Assembly (NCBI GenBank): GCA_030649055.1 | Contig: JAUSGH010000007.1 | Span: forward strand, 1,854 to 65,853 | DNA: 64,000 bases | Reading direction: 5' to 3' | From: a bacterium | Lineage (GTDB): Bacteria; Patescibacteriota; Minisyncoccia; UBA6257; JAUSGH01 | In this document: positions 48,142 to 55,927 of the stretch, in pieces | Layout: the number at the start of each line of letters is the position of its first letter | Position numbering within the stretch: position 1 is the stretch's first letter | Notes under the pieces: generated by a model | Database searches by the model: none | What the model saw: the letters and a program-made list of their open reading frames with translations, nothing else | Told to the model about the DNA's origin: nothing | Made by a program: the position numbers and the translations under genes

Positions 48142-49419
48142 CTATCTCACCTTTCCCGGCTTTTTGGAGTCCAAAAACTTCTTGAACGTGGCCTTCACGT
48201 AGCTGAGCATCTTTGGCGTGATGCATTGGTGCGCGCCGATGACAAACGAGTCGCGCATGATCTTATCCGCGTTCGCGAGTGTCCCGACAATGCGCCGCGG
48301 CGTGTCTTTGTATCCCGGCTGGCGCAAGATGTTTCCCGCGAACAAAAGACGTGTCTGGATATTTGCCGCCTCAAGATAACTCACCAGCTCAAGACGCGTA
48401 AACGGAACATTGTCCTTGAGCGTCAGCGGAAACGCGAGCCATGCCACCTTCGCCTTCGGATGCTCTTTCGGCAAAATAAAGTAGTCCTCGTACCCGCTGA
48501 AAAAGTTGTAGAGCCCGTCAAACACCGCGCGACGCATACCGATAAACTTATTCAGTTTCTTGAGCTGCACCAACCCGAACGCGAACATCATCTCCACGGG
48601 CTTTAAGTTGTGGCCCATGTGCGTGTAGGTGAACTTGCGGTCATAAGATATACCGGTCAACTCCGTCGTGAAACGCTCGCTGATATCCTCGTTATTATCC
48701 AGCGCCGCTCTTCCCCATTCGCGGAACGCATACGCAGTCCGCCAAAACTCCGGTTTTGACATGCAAAGAATTCCGCCGCCTCCGCCCGCGGTCGTGATGT
48801 GCGAGGCGTAAAAACTGGAGGTCGTCATGTCGCTATAGGCGCCGGTCGGCTTTCCGTTGAATGTCCCGCCAATGGTGTCACAGCTGTCCTCAACAAGATA
48901 CAGGTTATGTTTTTTACAGAACGCGCTCAGCACTTCCATATCATTCAAATTGCCGAGCGTGTGCGGAATCATCACCGCGCGCGTCTTGGGCGAAAGCATC
49001 TTCTCCAAATTTTTGAGGTCAAGATTGTAACTACCAATCTCTGAGTCCCCGACCACCGGCATGCATCCGGCGAGCAATATCGCGCTATAGGTTGTGGGGA
49101 AAGTACAGGCCGGAGTAATCACCTCGCTTCCTTCAGGCAAGCCCAGCACTTTAAACGCAAGATAATCCGCCGAAGAACCGGAATTGACCACCAATCCGTG
49201 CGTGTGCCCAAAAATGCCCGAAACTTTTTGTTCAAACTCCGCGACATATTTTCCCATCCCCAGCCACCCTTCTTCTAAGCACTTCACAACGGCGTTAATC
49301 TCCTCTTTGCCGTACGACGCCTGCGCGTAATACACCTTGTCCTTTCCGGGTTGAAAAGTTTTTTTCATATTAAAAATGCCGTAATACTGCTTCGCCGCGG
49401 ATTTTTTAGAGGGTTTCAT
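48142..49419 (-). CDS. DegT-family PLP/PMP-dependent sugar 3-dehydrase-like enzyme (E1/DdhC/RfbH-type)
   Basis: 425 aa. VNSGSSADYLAF, TFPTT, MIPHTLGN, EDSCDTIGG match the CDP/TDP-4-keto-6-deoxyglucose-3-dehydrase (E1) pattern. The site of the usual Schiff-base Lys lies in the E1-type region. Confidence 0.7.
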   Translation of the reverse strand: MKPSKKSAAKQYYGIFNMKKTFQPGKDKVYYAQASYGKEEINAVVKCLEEGWLGMGKYVAEFEQKVSGIFGHTHGLVVNSGSSADYLAFKVLGLPEGSEVITPACTFPTTYSAILLAGCMPVVGDSEIGSYNLDLKNLEKMLSPKTRAVMIPHTLGNLNDMEVLSAFCKKHNLYLVEDSCDTIGGTFNGKPTGAYSDMTTSSFYASHITTAGGGGGILCMSKPEFWRTAYAFREWGRAALDNNEDISERFTTELTGISYDRKFTYTHMGHNLKPVEMMFAFGLVQLKKLNKFIGMRRAVFDGLYNFFSGYEDYFILPKEHPKAKVAWLAFPLTLKDNVPFTRLELVSYLEAANIQTRLLFAGNILRQPGYKDTPRRIVGTLANADKIMRDSFVIGAHQCITPKMLSYVKATFKKFLDSKKPGKVR

Positions 49420-49706
49420 ATTGTTGAATTATAGAATAACAATATAACAAAAGACAAGGCGGACGGGTCACACGTCGCCACCATCAATAAGGATAAGTCA
49501 CCGTACTCATTTTTTGCAGCATATTGGAGCGATGCGTGAAATTCCCGAGTAAAGAAATCACGAAGTCGGAACAATGGCGCTGTATGAATCCCGAAGTCCG
49601 CCTAAGGCGGGCGGAGGTTGAGTTCGCCTTGTTCCGTCACCTTCGCGATTTTTTACGAGGAGAATTTCCGCAAGCGGAAATCGTTGCAAAAAATGGGCGC
49701 GGTGAC

Positions 49707-50639
49707 CTATCCGGACAACTTCTTGTATGCCTCGATAACCCGCGACAATCCCGTTTTATAATCTATCTTCGCCTTCCATCCCAACGCATTGATTTTGGAA
49801 GTGTCGGCGATAAAGTTACCAACGCCCACCGCGCGGTGAAACGCCGGCGGTTCCATTTGCACAAGCTTAGAACGCCGTCCGGTATACTCCAACACATAGT
49901 CCATCATTGTCCTAAACTTCACCGGCGAACCATATCCGATCAAAAACGTGTCGTTCTTGGCATGTGACTCCAGAAATCGCAGGGCGTCAATAACATCATT
50001 CACATAAATATAGTCGCGGTAAAAACTTCCGTCGCCATACATGGTCACCTCCTCGCCCTTCACCGCGCTCATAATAAGAAAACTCAAGGCGCCCTTCTTC
50101 TTTTGCGTAAAATCCTCCCCTTCGGCATACACATTCGTGAGACGCGTAATGAGGTACGGGATGTCGTACAGCCGCGCGTAGAGCTTGATAATGCTTTCGG
50201 CGCAAAGTTTTGTCGCGGGGTAGAGCGCCCGCGGGTCCGTCGCGCTTTCTTCGTTCACGGGTTTGCCCCCGCTTTTATCGCACGTGTTACCGTACACAAA
50301 AAACGTGGAGGGATAGATGACGAGCGGTTTTTTTGCCATATCCTTCACCAGCTCCAGCAGCCGAATGGTCCCTTTGAGGTTGGTGTCAACGTCAATATAC
50401 GGGTTATCAAGCACATGATAATTGTGCACCGTGCTCGCGCAGTGATAGATGACGTCCGCACTGTCTATGTCCGCGGCTTCAAGCGCGTTGAGGTCTTTCA
50501 ACACAATCCGCGCATCTTTTCGCGTCAGCCGATCTTTAGGGGCGCCGGCGCGGTCAATCACGGTCACATCCCCCTCCACGCTATTTGCAAGCAATGAGCC
50601 GATAAGCCCGAGCCCTCCGGTTATAACGTATTGCTTCAT
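49707..50639 (-). CDS. NAD-dependent epimerase/dehydratase (SDR)
   Basis: Rossmann motif YVITGGLGLIGSLL, YPATK catalytic motif. Start set at MKQYVITGG; the 13 upstream codons overlap the octamer repeat. Confidence 0.75.
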   Translation of the reverse strand: MKQYVITGGLGLIGSLLANSVEGDVTVIDRAGAPKDRLTRKDARIVLKDLNALEAADIDSADVIYHCASTVHNYHVLDNPYIDVDTNLKGTIRLLELVKDMAKKPLVIYPSTFFVYGNTCDKSGGKPVNEESATDPRALYPATKLCAESIIKLYARLYDIPYLITRLTNVYAEGEDFTQKKKGALSFLIMSAVKGEEVTMYGDGSFYRDYIYVNDVIDALRFLESHAKNDTFLIGYGSPVKFRTMMDYVLEYTGRRSKLVQMEPPAFHRAVGVGNFIADTSKINALGWKAKIDYKTGLSRVIEAYKKLSG

Positions 50640-50643
50640 TGCT

Positions 50644-51420
50644 CTATTGCTTAATTGCTTTATTGCCTTCCATTTCAAATATCGGAAACTTTTTTATGCC
50701 AAGCTTGTACAAAATATACTTCACCACCACGCGGAGCGAGTTTAATCCGTATTTCACGCTGCTTTTAAAATTCACCGATGACGCTTCCTTAAAGTACCGC
50801 GTGGGGATCGCCACCTCCGCAACGCGGAATTTGCCGATCCGCAACTGCGGAAATACCTCGGCGTCAAACATAAAGCCGTCGGAATTGTCGTTAAACGGAA
50901 TTGTCTCCAAAACTTTTCTGCTATACGCGCGGTACCCGGTGTGATATTCGGAGAGACCCAGCCGGAACACCGAATTCTCAACAAGCGAAAGGACGATATT
51001 GGGAATAAATTTCCAGATCGGCATTCCCCCTTTTAGGGCATTGCGCTTCACCGCCATACGCGAACCGAACGTCGCGTCCGCCCGGCCTTCGACAATCGGC
51101 CGAACCATTTCCGGAATAAGCGACGGGTCATACTGATAATCCGCGTGGAGCATCACCACAATATCGGCGCCATCCTTCAACGCCTCGTTGTAACACGTCT
51201 TTTGGTTTGCGCCGTACCCGCGATTCACCTCATGTACGATGGTCTTGATACCCAGCGATCGGGAAATCTCCGCGGTGCGGTCACCCCCACCATCGTCGCA
51301 CAAAATCACCTCATCCACCCAATCAAGAGGAATGGCGCGGTACGTTTTTTCAACGGTTTTCTCGGCGCGGTACGCGATCATACATACCACGACTTTTTTG
51401 CCATTTGCGAGGCGGGTCAT
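50644..51420 (-). CDS. GT2 polyprenyl-phosphate sugar synthase-like glycosyltransferase
   Basis: 258 aa. VVCMIAYRAE, ILCDDGGGD, MLHADYQYDP DXD region. Confidence 0.8.
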   Translation of the reverse strand: MTRLANGKKVVVCMIAYRAEKTVEKTYRAIPLDWVDEVILCDDGGGDRTAEISRSLGIKTIVHEVNRGYGANQKTCYNEALKDGADIVVMLHADYQYDPSLIPEMVRPIVEGRADATFGSRMAVKRNALKGGMPIWKFIPNIVLSLVENSVFRLGLSEYHTGYRAYSRKVLETIPFNDNSDGFMFDAEVFPQLRIGKFRVAEVAIPTRYFKEASSVNFKSSVKYGLNSLRVVVKYILYKLGIKKFPIFEMEGNKAIKQ

Positions 51421-51423
51421 ATT

Positions 51424-52284
51424 CTAAATAGGCTTCCTTTTACCATCAATTTTTTTCTTCTCCATCCTCTCTAGTTGTTTCACCTCTTTCTTCACTTCTT
51501 TAATGTGTTTTTCTGTTGGCAGATACTCTGGCGTCGTCCCACCAATTTCCTTAATGGTCTGCCGGACTTTTCCGCCCACCATAAAATGTGTTTGGGCGGC
51601 CAAACTTTCTCCTTGTATGTTATCCTTTTTTAATTTCTCATCGGTTTGAGTAATACGAAACAAATTAGCCGCCAACTCGGTAGAACCAGCCCTATCTAAT
51701 AATTCTCCCTTGTTTATTCCCTTTCTACGTTCAATCTCCGATAATGGCATCCCATAAAGACCTCTATATCCAGCATCATTAAACAACCCGAACTTGCTCA
51801 CCCCAGCTTGCCTTGCCGTCTTGAAAAGTTTCTTGTTGTAGTCAGATACTTCGCTGCGAATGAATAATCTCTTTTCGGCATCGGGTAACTGTTCAAAAAC
51901 TTCCTGCCTTCTTGTCTGAATAGCAAAATAGGTCTGAGCCATCGCTATTTCGATTTTTTTAGGGTCTCCATTCTGAGCAATAAGATAGCAGGCGTAGCGA
52001 TCGAGTTTATAATTGACCACTTCTCGAACCGTATTTGAGCCAATATTGACCATTTTACTGAGCTTAGTAAAATGGTTATCCACATCCTGACCGCTGTTAA
52101 TACAAGCTCTAGCCGCTCTCGCAATCACATCCTCTGCATTTTGCCATTTTTCATAACCCAAAATAGGCAACAACTCCCGCGCATCCCAATACTCAACCCC
52201 ATTCTCGTCAACATTTTTGATGCCCTCAAAATCCTTATGAATGCTTGGCGGCGCTATTTCATTGGTCATAAGTTTATTTTGCAC
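51424..52284 (-). CDS. dinD: DNA-damage-inducible protein D homolog (DinD family)
   Basis: 286 aa, colinear with E. coli DinD: RYACYLIAQNGDP, AQTYFAIQTRRQE, EKRLFIR.E, GSTELAANLFR.TQTDEKLK, VGGKVRQTI.E.GGT.PE.LPT. GC ~43%, well below its neighbours. Confidence 0.8.
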   Translation of the reverse strand: MQNKLMTNEIAPPSIHKDFEGIKNVDENGVEYWDARELLPILGYEKWQNAEDVIARAARACINSGQDVDNHFTKLSKMVNIGSNTVREVVNYKLDRYACYLIAQNGDPKKIEIAMAQTYFAIQTRRQEVFEQLPDAEKRLFIRSEVSDYNKKLFKTARQAGVSKFGLFNDAGYRGLYGMPLSEIERRKGINKGELLDRAGSTELAANLFRITQTDEKLKKDNIQGESLAAQTHFMVGGKVRQTIKEIGGTTPEYLPTEKHIKEVKKEVKQLERMEKKKIDGKRKPI

Positions 52285-52304
52285 ATTAAAAAGAAAATTT
52301 GCAA

Positions 52305-52346
52305 TGTATAAAAGGATCGGCCGCGGAGAGATTCTCTCCGCGGCCG
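52305..52346 (-). terminator. GC-rich hairpin (CGGCCGCGGAGAGA / TCTCTCCGCGGCCG) with adjacent U-tract; terminator candidate after the RHH gene
   Basis: Read directly: arms at 52318-52331 and 52333-52346. AT-rich tract 52307-52316. Confidence 0.45.
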
Positions 52347-52354
52347 TACGCTAC

Positions 52355-52567
52355 TTACGTCACGATGACGAGCTCCTTCAGGATGGACTTGGCATCCCGC
52401 GAAGAGATGACGAGACGCTTGCCCTCGTCCTTCGCCTTCTTCGCTTCGTTGAGAAGCGCGATCGCCATCCGGAAGACTGCTGCCTTGGACTTCTTTCCGA
52501 ACGCTACGCGGAGCTCTTCGAGCAGAGCGTCCACCTTGTCATCCACCTGCATCGTAAACATCTTCAT
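52355..52567 (-). CDS. Small ribbon-helix-helix-like DNA-binding protein (CopG/Arc family candidate)
   Basis: 70 aa from MKMFTMQVDDKVDALLEELR. Beta-strand then two helices. Good RBS GGAAGGAG 8 nt upstream. The longer ORF to 52834 is a GC-rich read-through artefact. Confidence 0.45.
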   Translation of the reverse strand: MKMFTMQVDDKVDALLEELRVAFGKKSKAAVFRMAIALLNEAKKAKDEGKRLVISSRDAKSILKELVIVT

Positions 52568-52635
52568 CGTATTCTCCTTCCAATACTGGCCCGGACAATA
52601 TCCGCCGCAACAAAGTGCTGCGAGCGGCCCCGTAG

Positions 52636-53160
52636 CTACAGGTTTCCCTTCACGCGCCGACTCTCCAACCGCCGCCTGAACCATCCGCGCAGCCCGAGGA
52701 TATCCAGGATCGGAAACGCGATGGTGAGGATGAGGTCCGCCACCGCGAGCGACGGCCTCGGGATTCCCCACGCAATGTGGTGCTTGACGCCCCGCTCGCG
52801 GCAGAGCCACCACACGCGCGGGAAATGAAGCCACGTAGAGATGACGACGAGCATCAACCGTTCACGTCTCGCCACATCCAACGCGTAGTCTAATTGCCCC
52901 ATGGTCTCGTACGCCTCGCGCACTACGACGAGATTGCTGATGCCAAGCTCCTCCGCCGCCGCAACGTAGATGTCCTCCTCGTGCCGCTCTCCGGCAACCT
53001 GGAGGTTGCTCAAGATAAGCACGGGTGCCTGTCCGTACCGTGGCTGGAGTCGCTTGGCCAGCACCATACTCCTGTACCAGTCCTGCCACGTCCTCGGCCC
53101 GACACGTCCTTTCGCGCAAGGCCCCTTGGTCAACGGAAGAAGAACAAAATTCTCTTTCAA
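52636..53160 (-). CDS. DUF218 (YdcF/ElyC/SanA-like) domain protein with C-terminal hydrophobic segment
   Basis: 174 aa. APVLILSNLQVAGE...EDIYVAAAEELGIS..NLVVVREAYETMGQLDYA...RLMLVVISTWLHFPRV matches the DUF218 core pattern. Confidence 0.5.
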   Translation of the reverse strand: MKENFVLLPLTKGPCAKGRVGPRTWQDWYRSMVLAKRLQPRYGQAPVLILSNLQVAGERHEEDIYVAAAEELGISNLVVVREAYETMGQLDYALDVARRERLMLVVISTWLHFPRVWWLCRERGVKHHIAWGIPRPSLAVADLILTIAFPILDILGLRGWFRRRLESRRVKGNL

Positions 53161-53266
53161 CGCGCACCTCCTTTTGTTGGCTTGATTCCTCTACAAGTGC
53201 TGACAAGAGGATAGCATTTTAGAATAACGGGGTCAACATCTTTGCCATATGACATCAAAATGAAAC

Positions 53267-53298
53267 GGACCGTACACCTCCGAAGAGATGTACGGTCC
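53267..53298 (-). terminator. Hairpin (GGACCGTACA-N12-TGTACGGTCC) downstream of the Ubl gene
   Basis: Read directly; followed on the minus strand by GTTTCATTTTGAT. Confidence 0.35.
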
Positions 53299-53322
53299 GT
53301 GCTGGTTCTGACTTCCGGCTCG

Positions 53323-53571
53323 CTATGAGCCCCGCGGGCGCTCCGACACGGCGACGACGGGCTTGTCCTTCGCCTCCAGCGCGTCCTTCGGACCCACGTG
53401 GGTCGTGAGCTTGGCCGGCTTGCCGTTCATCGTGAGGTCCATGTTCTTCACGTCGATCCCCGCGGCCTCGCACACCTCCGCGACAGAGGCGCCGCTCTCC
53501 TCGACCTCGACGTCCTTCGTGGTGCTCTTGCCTTGCGTCGGTACCACCTTCACTTTGATCTTCATCGTCAT
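53323..53571 (-). CDS. Small beta-grasp ubiquitin-like (MoaD/ThiS-like) protein, C-terminus ...ERPRGS (no terminal GG)
   Basis: 82 aa. MKIKVKVVP....K.VEVEE..SVAEV....GID.....L..NGKPA pattern of Ubl/ThiS-fold proteins. Directly upstream is an E1-like gene. Confidence 0.45.
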   Translation of the reverse strand: MTMKIKVKVVPTQGKSTTKDVEVEESGASVAEVCEAAGIDVKNMDLTMNGKPAKLTTHVGPKDALEAKDKPVVAVSERPRGS

Positions 53572-53636
53572 CTCCTTCCGATAATGAAACGGAACTACCG
53601 GTCTCCGATGCGTTTCCTCCTTTCATTCTCACAGAC

Positions 53637-54299
53637 CTAGTCAATCATCTCCATGACGCCGGTCAGCGCCTTGTGATGGCGCTTCTTCTTTCCATGCTGC
53701 CACCAATATACCAGATCCGCGGCAACTGCGGAAGCAGCACTCATTGATGCGTACACGATGCCATGTCTCCCGCACATCGGATGCGCGGTTTCCTTGGTCG
53801 TATACGCAAGATGATGTTCGTAGTACGCAATGTCGTCCGGATCGCACGGAGCGATAGCAAAAACCCAGACGAGCTCCTCGGCAGTCCGCGTGTCGATCAA
53901 AATGTCCACCCTGGGTTGCATCTTGACGTTACGCCAAACCGCCTGCCGAGCTTCCATGGTATCCACACAGCACACCACTGCGTCGCGCAGCGGCTCGTTC
54001 TCGTAGAACTGCCGACGGGCATCAATGACGACACCCGACGCTTCCAGAACGATGTCGCGCAACGCTTCCACCTTCGGCCGGCCAAGGTCACACGGCCGGT
54101 AGACGGACATCGGAATGTTGTGCGATTCAACGTAGTCGTCGTCGATGACCGTGAGTTTCGTTACTCCCATCTTGGCCAAGGTGACGGCAACGTATCCGCC
54201 GACGGCACCCGCGCCGATGATGGTTACGCTTCTCGCAGTCATCGCGTTGAAGAGGTTGTGCTGTCCCGAGAGATTCATCGTCGGTTCTACCACGGTCAC
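53637..54299 (-). CDS. ThiF/MoeB/HesA-family E1-like adenylyltransferase (minimal, ~220 aa)
   Basis: VTIIGAGAVGGYVAVTLAKMGV..LTVIDDDYVE.HN nucleotide-binding motif, GRPKVEAL; candidate Cys in HPMCGRHG. Confidence 0.75.
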   Translation of the reverse strand: MTVVEPTMNLSGQHNLFNAMTARSVTIIGAGAVGGYVAVTLAKMGVTKLTVIDDDYVESHNIPMSVYRPCDLGRPKVEALRDIVLEASGVVIDARRQFYENEPLRDAVVCCVDTMEARQAVWRNVKMQPRVDILIDTRTAEELVWVFAIAPCDPDDIAYYEHHLAYTTKETAHPMCGRHGIVYASMSAASAVAADLVYWWQHGKKKRHHKALTGVMEMID

Positions 54300-55771
54300 C
54301 TCCTTTCGTCAGGTTCGGCCAGCCACTCCTCCAACGGATGCAGTGTGGTCTCCGGCGTATAGGTGTTAAGCCAACGCATGACGACGAGCGCCGCCTCCGC
54401 GAAACGGAACTCACTCATGTACTTCGCGATGGCAACCGTCGCATTTCCGAAGCAAGCCAAACTAATCCGGCTGACGTGCGGATGATGGTGCCCAAGCGAA
54501 TGCCTCGGCGCCTCGCTCCACACTCCGATCTTGCCGTTCGGGTCCAGACGGATCGTAAACGGTCCCAGATTGTACCGGCGGCCGTTGTCTTCCAGGATGA
54601 TGTCCGTGGTCACAATGTGCACGCCACTATCGACAATGCGCACTGCCGCCACGCCATCCATCTTCGTAATCTCGTCAAGTTCCATCGGAAGACGCTTGTG
54701 CAAGCCACGGACGAATTCCGAATCCTGCATCGTCTTCACGCGGAGGGTGAACAGCTGTTGTTTGCGCGACTCATCCGCCAATTTATCCTCCGCGTCCTGA
54801 ATATCGGCGGACGTCACCTGCATCGCCTCGAGAAGAACAGCAAGCACCTTCTGATCGTGCAGCTTGTCTGCCAGCTCGTTTTCCTCGCTCCGAATCAAGG
54901 CATTAATGCGTTCCAGCGTTGTCTGAAGCTCTCCCAGAATCGCAGCGGCTTGGATAATGACAAACCCCGAAAAGTCCTCGGCGTTCGTCTCCACGATCGG
55001 TTCCGTTTTTCTGTCGGACGCTTTCACGAGATCACGATACATGCAGCCGAGCAGCTTGCGGAAGATCGTCTCACGCGCCGCCTCGCCGTGAAAAGCGGTA
55101 TGCGTAAGACAGAGCTGATAATAGTTGGATCCGAGCACCTGGAAGATTGGGGTTACGCCATCAATGATGAGCCGTCCCCGTCCGCGAGTAGGCATGTTCA
55201 CAAGACGCGTCTGCCCGTCCTCCCACACCTGAACTCCGAAAAGCGTTTCCACCACCATGCCGGAATTGTAAACACCGGGCGGACGGGCCTGGCAGAAGAG
55301 ATGCACCGTTCCAGCTTTCTCCGAGAACGGCGGGTTGCTAATGGTGGTACTGTAACAGTAGACGAAGTGCAGACCGGCAAAACGCGAGAGCGCCTCCACC
55401 TGCCGCATGTCGGACTCCACCATCGGCTTCGCTTGGATGAACCCGCCGGACGTAGGTGTTTCGTCCACGTTGAGCAGCTCGGCATTCGGCTCTTTTGCCA
55501 CGAGCAACGCGAATGATGCGACATCAATCTCGCAGGATTCGAGCACCAACTCACGTCCCTGCTCGCGGCCGCGCCGCTGCAACATCTCCACCGCTTCGTT
55601 GCTGGCCGCCTCACCGGTGAAGGTGAGAAGGTCCACGATGATGTCAAAGTCATTGGAAACCACCGTCACGCGCTTCGTCGCAGTAGCCGTCGGCAGCTCA
55701 ACCCCGAGCCACCGCATGATGAGCACCGGCACCGCGAAGGCGTACCCGGATTCAAACAGTGGGCTTGTCAT
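54296..55771 (-). CDS. Large protein of unknown function with a C-terminal E2/UBC-like active-site motif (HPHVSRISLAC); candidate E2-like conjugating enzyme fusion
   Basis: 491 aa. C-terminal GHHHPHVSRISLACFGNAT resembles the UBC HPN(V/I)...G.ICL catalytic loop. Start codon overlaps the E1-like gene by 4 nt. The antisense 392-aa ORF is Arg-rich junk. Confidence 0.35.
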   Translation of the reverse strand: MTSPLFESGYAFAVPVLIMRWLGVELPTATATKRVTVVSNDFDIIVDLLTFTGEAASNEAVEMLQRRGREQGRELVLESCEIDVASFALLVAKEPNAELLNVDETPTSGGFIQAKPMVESDMRQVEALSRFAGLHFVYCYSTTISNPPFSEKAGTVHLFCQARPPGVYNSGMVVETLFGVQVWEDGQTRLVNMPTRGRGRLIIDGVTPIFQVLGSNYYQLCLTHTAFHGEAARETIFRKLLGCMYRDLVKASDRKTEPIVETNAEDFSGFVIIQAAAILGELQTTLERINALIRSEENELADKLHDQKVLAVLLEAMQVTSADIQDAEDKLADESRKQQLFTLRVKTMQDSEFVRGLHKRLPMELDEITKMDGVAAVRIVDSGVHIVTTDIILEDNGRRYNLGPFTIRLDPNGKIGVWSEAPRHSLGHHHPHVSRISLACFGNATVAIAKYMSEFRFAEAALVVMRWLNTYTPETTLHPLEEWLAEPDERR

Positions 55772-55927
55772 TTCAAACTCTCCTTCATGTCAAAGGGCTG
55801 TTTCATCGCCGCGAGTACACCTCGCACGATGCTGGCTAAATAATAATGAAATAAAAGGCGGGCGTCAAGCCGCTGCAGAGTTGCTCGCACCTTCGCCATT
55901 CACACGATATTCGTTATACTGAAAGCG

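Noticed and set aside
52355-52834. 159-aa version of the RHH gene
   Set aside because: The upstream 89 codons are Pro/Gly/Ala/Arg-rich read-through of GC-rich DNA. The good RBS precedes the internal Met at 52567.
53255-53644. 129-aa ORF overlapping the Ubl gene
   Set aside because: Extreme low-complexity (G/R/E/D) translation in an alternative frame of a GC-rich region, with no start context.
54338-55516. 392-aa plus-strand ORF opposite the 491-aa gene
   Set aside because: Arg-rich low-complexity translation (antisense artefact of a GC-rich gene). The minus-strand ORF has normal composition and translational coupling to the E1-like gene.
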